Below, in pieces: positions 62,739-64,000 of a stretch of 64,000 nucleotides of DNA (positions are counted from its first letter, which is position 1; every line of letters starts with the position of its first letter). Where the stretch lies: NCBI GenBank assembly GCA_001464055.1, contig LNET01000029.1, positions 30,254-94,253 on the forward strand. Direction: 5' to 3'. Under the pieces are notes generated by a model. It worked only from the letters and a program-made list of their open reading frames with translations, made no database searches and was not told the DNA's origin. Source of the DNA: Burkholderiales bacterium Ga0077543. Lineage in GTDB: Bacteria; Pseudomonadota; Gammaproteobacteria; Burkholderiales; Burkholderiaceae_C. The translations under genes were made by a program, and so were the position numbers.

Positions 62739-64000
62739 ATGAAAGACACTCCGATGGCCCTGGCCCTCACCCCCTGGCGTGCTGCGCAGCCCCGTGGCTT
62801 GCACAGCATGCTGGCTGCTGCGGCGTTCATCCTTGTCGCGGCTGTCTGGTCGCCGCAGGCGGCCCAGGCCCAGGCCGTGACCTTGCCCGATTTCACTGAA
62901 ATCGCCGAACGTCTGAGCCCGACGGTGGTGAACATCCGCACCGTCGAGCGCCGCGGCGGTGCCGCTGCCGGCGGCGGTGGCGGCGAAGTCGACCCCAACA
63001 TCGAAGAGTTCTTCCGCCGGTTCGGCATACCCATGCCGAACCGGCCGGAGCGCAACCCTGGGCCACGTGGCGGGCCCGACAACGAGGACGAGCCGCAACG
63101 CCAGCGCGGCGTGGGCTCGGGCTTCATCCTGACGGCCGACGGCTTCATCATGACCAACGCCCACGTCATCGACGGTGCCGACGAAGTCATCGTCACGCTC
63201 ACCGACAAGCGCGAGCTCAAGGCCCGCGTCATCGGTGCTGACCGCCGCACCGACGTGGCCGTCGTCAAGATCGACGCCACCGGCCTGCCGTTCGTCCGCA
63301 TAGGCGACGTCAACCGGTTGAAGGTCGGCGAGTGGGTCATGGCCATCGGCTCGCCTTTCGGACTGGACAACACCGTCACCGCCGGCATCGTCAGCGCGAA
63401 GCAGCGCGACACGGGTGACTACCTGAACTTCATCCAGACCGACGTGGCCATCAACCCGGGCAATTCCGGCGGGCCGTTGTTGAACCTGCGCGGCGAAGTG
63501 GTGGGCATCAACTCACAGATCTACAGCCGCAGCGGCGGCTTCCAGGGCATCAGCTTTGCGATCCCCATCGACGACGCCATGCGCGTGGCCGACCAGCTGC
63601 GCACCGTGGGCCGCGTGATCCGCGGGCGCATCGGCGTGACCATCGCGCCTGTCACGAAGGAAGTGGCCGAGTCCATCGGCCTGGGCAGGGCAGCCGGCGC
63701 GCTGGTGCAGAGCGTCGAGAAGGACGGCCCGGCCGACAAGGCGGGGGTCGAGGCGGGCGACATCATCGTCCGCGTCGACGGCAAGGCGGTTGAACGTTCC
63801 GGCGACCTGCCGCGCCTGATCGGCGCGACCAAGCCCGGCAGCAAGGCCCAGCTGCAGGTCTTCCGCCGCGGCAATACGCGAGACATCGCTGTTTCCGTGG
63901 CCGAATTCGAGCCCGACCGCCCAACCAGGCGGGCACAGGCCGAGCCCGGCAGCCCTGCGGCGCCGGTGGCCAAGAGCGCCATCGGCCTGTCCGTGAGCGA
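62739..64000 (+). CDS. degP: periplasmic serine endoprotease DegP/DegQ/MucD family, 3' end outside the window
   Basis: My own translation from ATG 62739: signal peptide ...SPQAAQAQA, GSGFILTADGFIMTNAHVI (His), DVAVVKI (Asp), GNSGGPLLN (Ser), then a PDZ region. The frame is open to the window end. Confidence 0.9.
   Translation, partial: MKDTPMALALTPWRAAQPRGLHSMLAAAAFILVAAVWSPQAAQAQAVTLPDFTEIAERLSPTVVNIRTVERRGGAAAGGGGGEVDPNIEEFFRRFGIPMPNRPERNPGPRGGPDNEDEPQRQRGVGSGFILTADGFIMTNAHVIDGADEVIVTLTDKRELKARVIGADRRTDVAVVKIDATGLPFVRIGDVNRLKVGEWVMAIGSPFGLDNTVTAGIVSAKQRDTGDYLNFIQTDVAINPGNSGGPLLNLRGEVVGINSQIYSRSGGFQGISFAIPIDDAMRVADQLRTVGRVIRGRIGVTIAPVTKEVAESIGLGRAAGALVQSVEKDGPADKAGVEAGDIIVRVDGKAVERSGDLPRLIGATKPGSKAQLQVFRRGNTRDIAVSVAEFEPDRPTRRAQAEPGSPAAPVAKSAIGLSVS

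Noticed and set aside
1-64000. tRNA, rRNA, CRISPR arrays, integrases, phage genes or toxin-antitoxin pairs
   Set aside because: I found no cloverleaf-like or rRNA-like segments, no regularly spaced direct repeats and no integrase or recombinase motifs while reading through the ORF track and the intergenic regions. Small structured RNAs cannot be excluded without a covariance-model search.

Overview
High-G+C (by eye about two-thirds) proteobacterial chromosome segment. Gene order and composition suggest Burkholderiales, which is an inference only. I saw no rRNA, tRNA, CRISPR array or intact mobile element. There are four blocks. (1) 1-15.5 kb is a Wzx/Wzy-type polysaccharide cluster. It has a PglF/PglE/PglC-like amino-sugar module, GT2/GT11 transferases, methyltransferases, a flippase-like and an EpsG/Wzy-like membrane protein, a Wzz-type co-polymerase, a Wza/OPX exporter and a WecA-like initiating transferase. 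(2) 15.5-21.4 kb holds a Crp-family regulator divergent from three genes: a FecR-domain protein, a CHASE2 class III nucleotidyl cyclase and a TPR plus beta-barrel outer-membrane protein. I read this as a candidate surface-sensing module, and the FecR protein ends in what looks like a TbpB-type barrel (a possible Slam/type XI cargo tag). (3) 21.4-50.4 kb starts with an AT-richer leader carrying a perfect CRP-type box and a perfect 20-bp palindrome, followed by a 1548-aa Cys-free Ala/Thr/Asn-rich protein with RTX motifs (RsaA-like S-layer candidate) and a strong terminator. Next comes a translationally coupled operon, headed by a small protein that resembles only the N-terminal (WED/REC) part of IS605-family TnpB and is preceded by a 17-bp perfect hairpin. 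The operon continues with two tandem T1SS ABC exporters, HlyD-type MFP, TolC-type OMP, a cyclophilin lipoprotein, Wzm/Wzt and glycan-modifying enzymes. On the opposite strand are an acyltransferase, a 1203-aa three-module glycosyltransferase with a ~190-aa coiled coil, an O-antigen ligase and two GT2 genes. (4) 50.5-64 kb is housekeeping: rhlE, a methylase, maf, yceD, rpmF-plsX-fabHDG-acpP-fabF, and rpoE-rseA-rseB-degP (3' truncated). Function calls rest on motifs read by eye from the supplied translations, and starts were chosen from start/stop overlaps and RBS context. No database search was possible.
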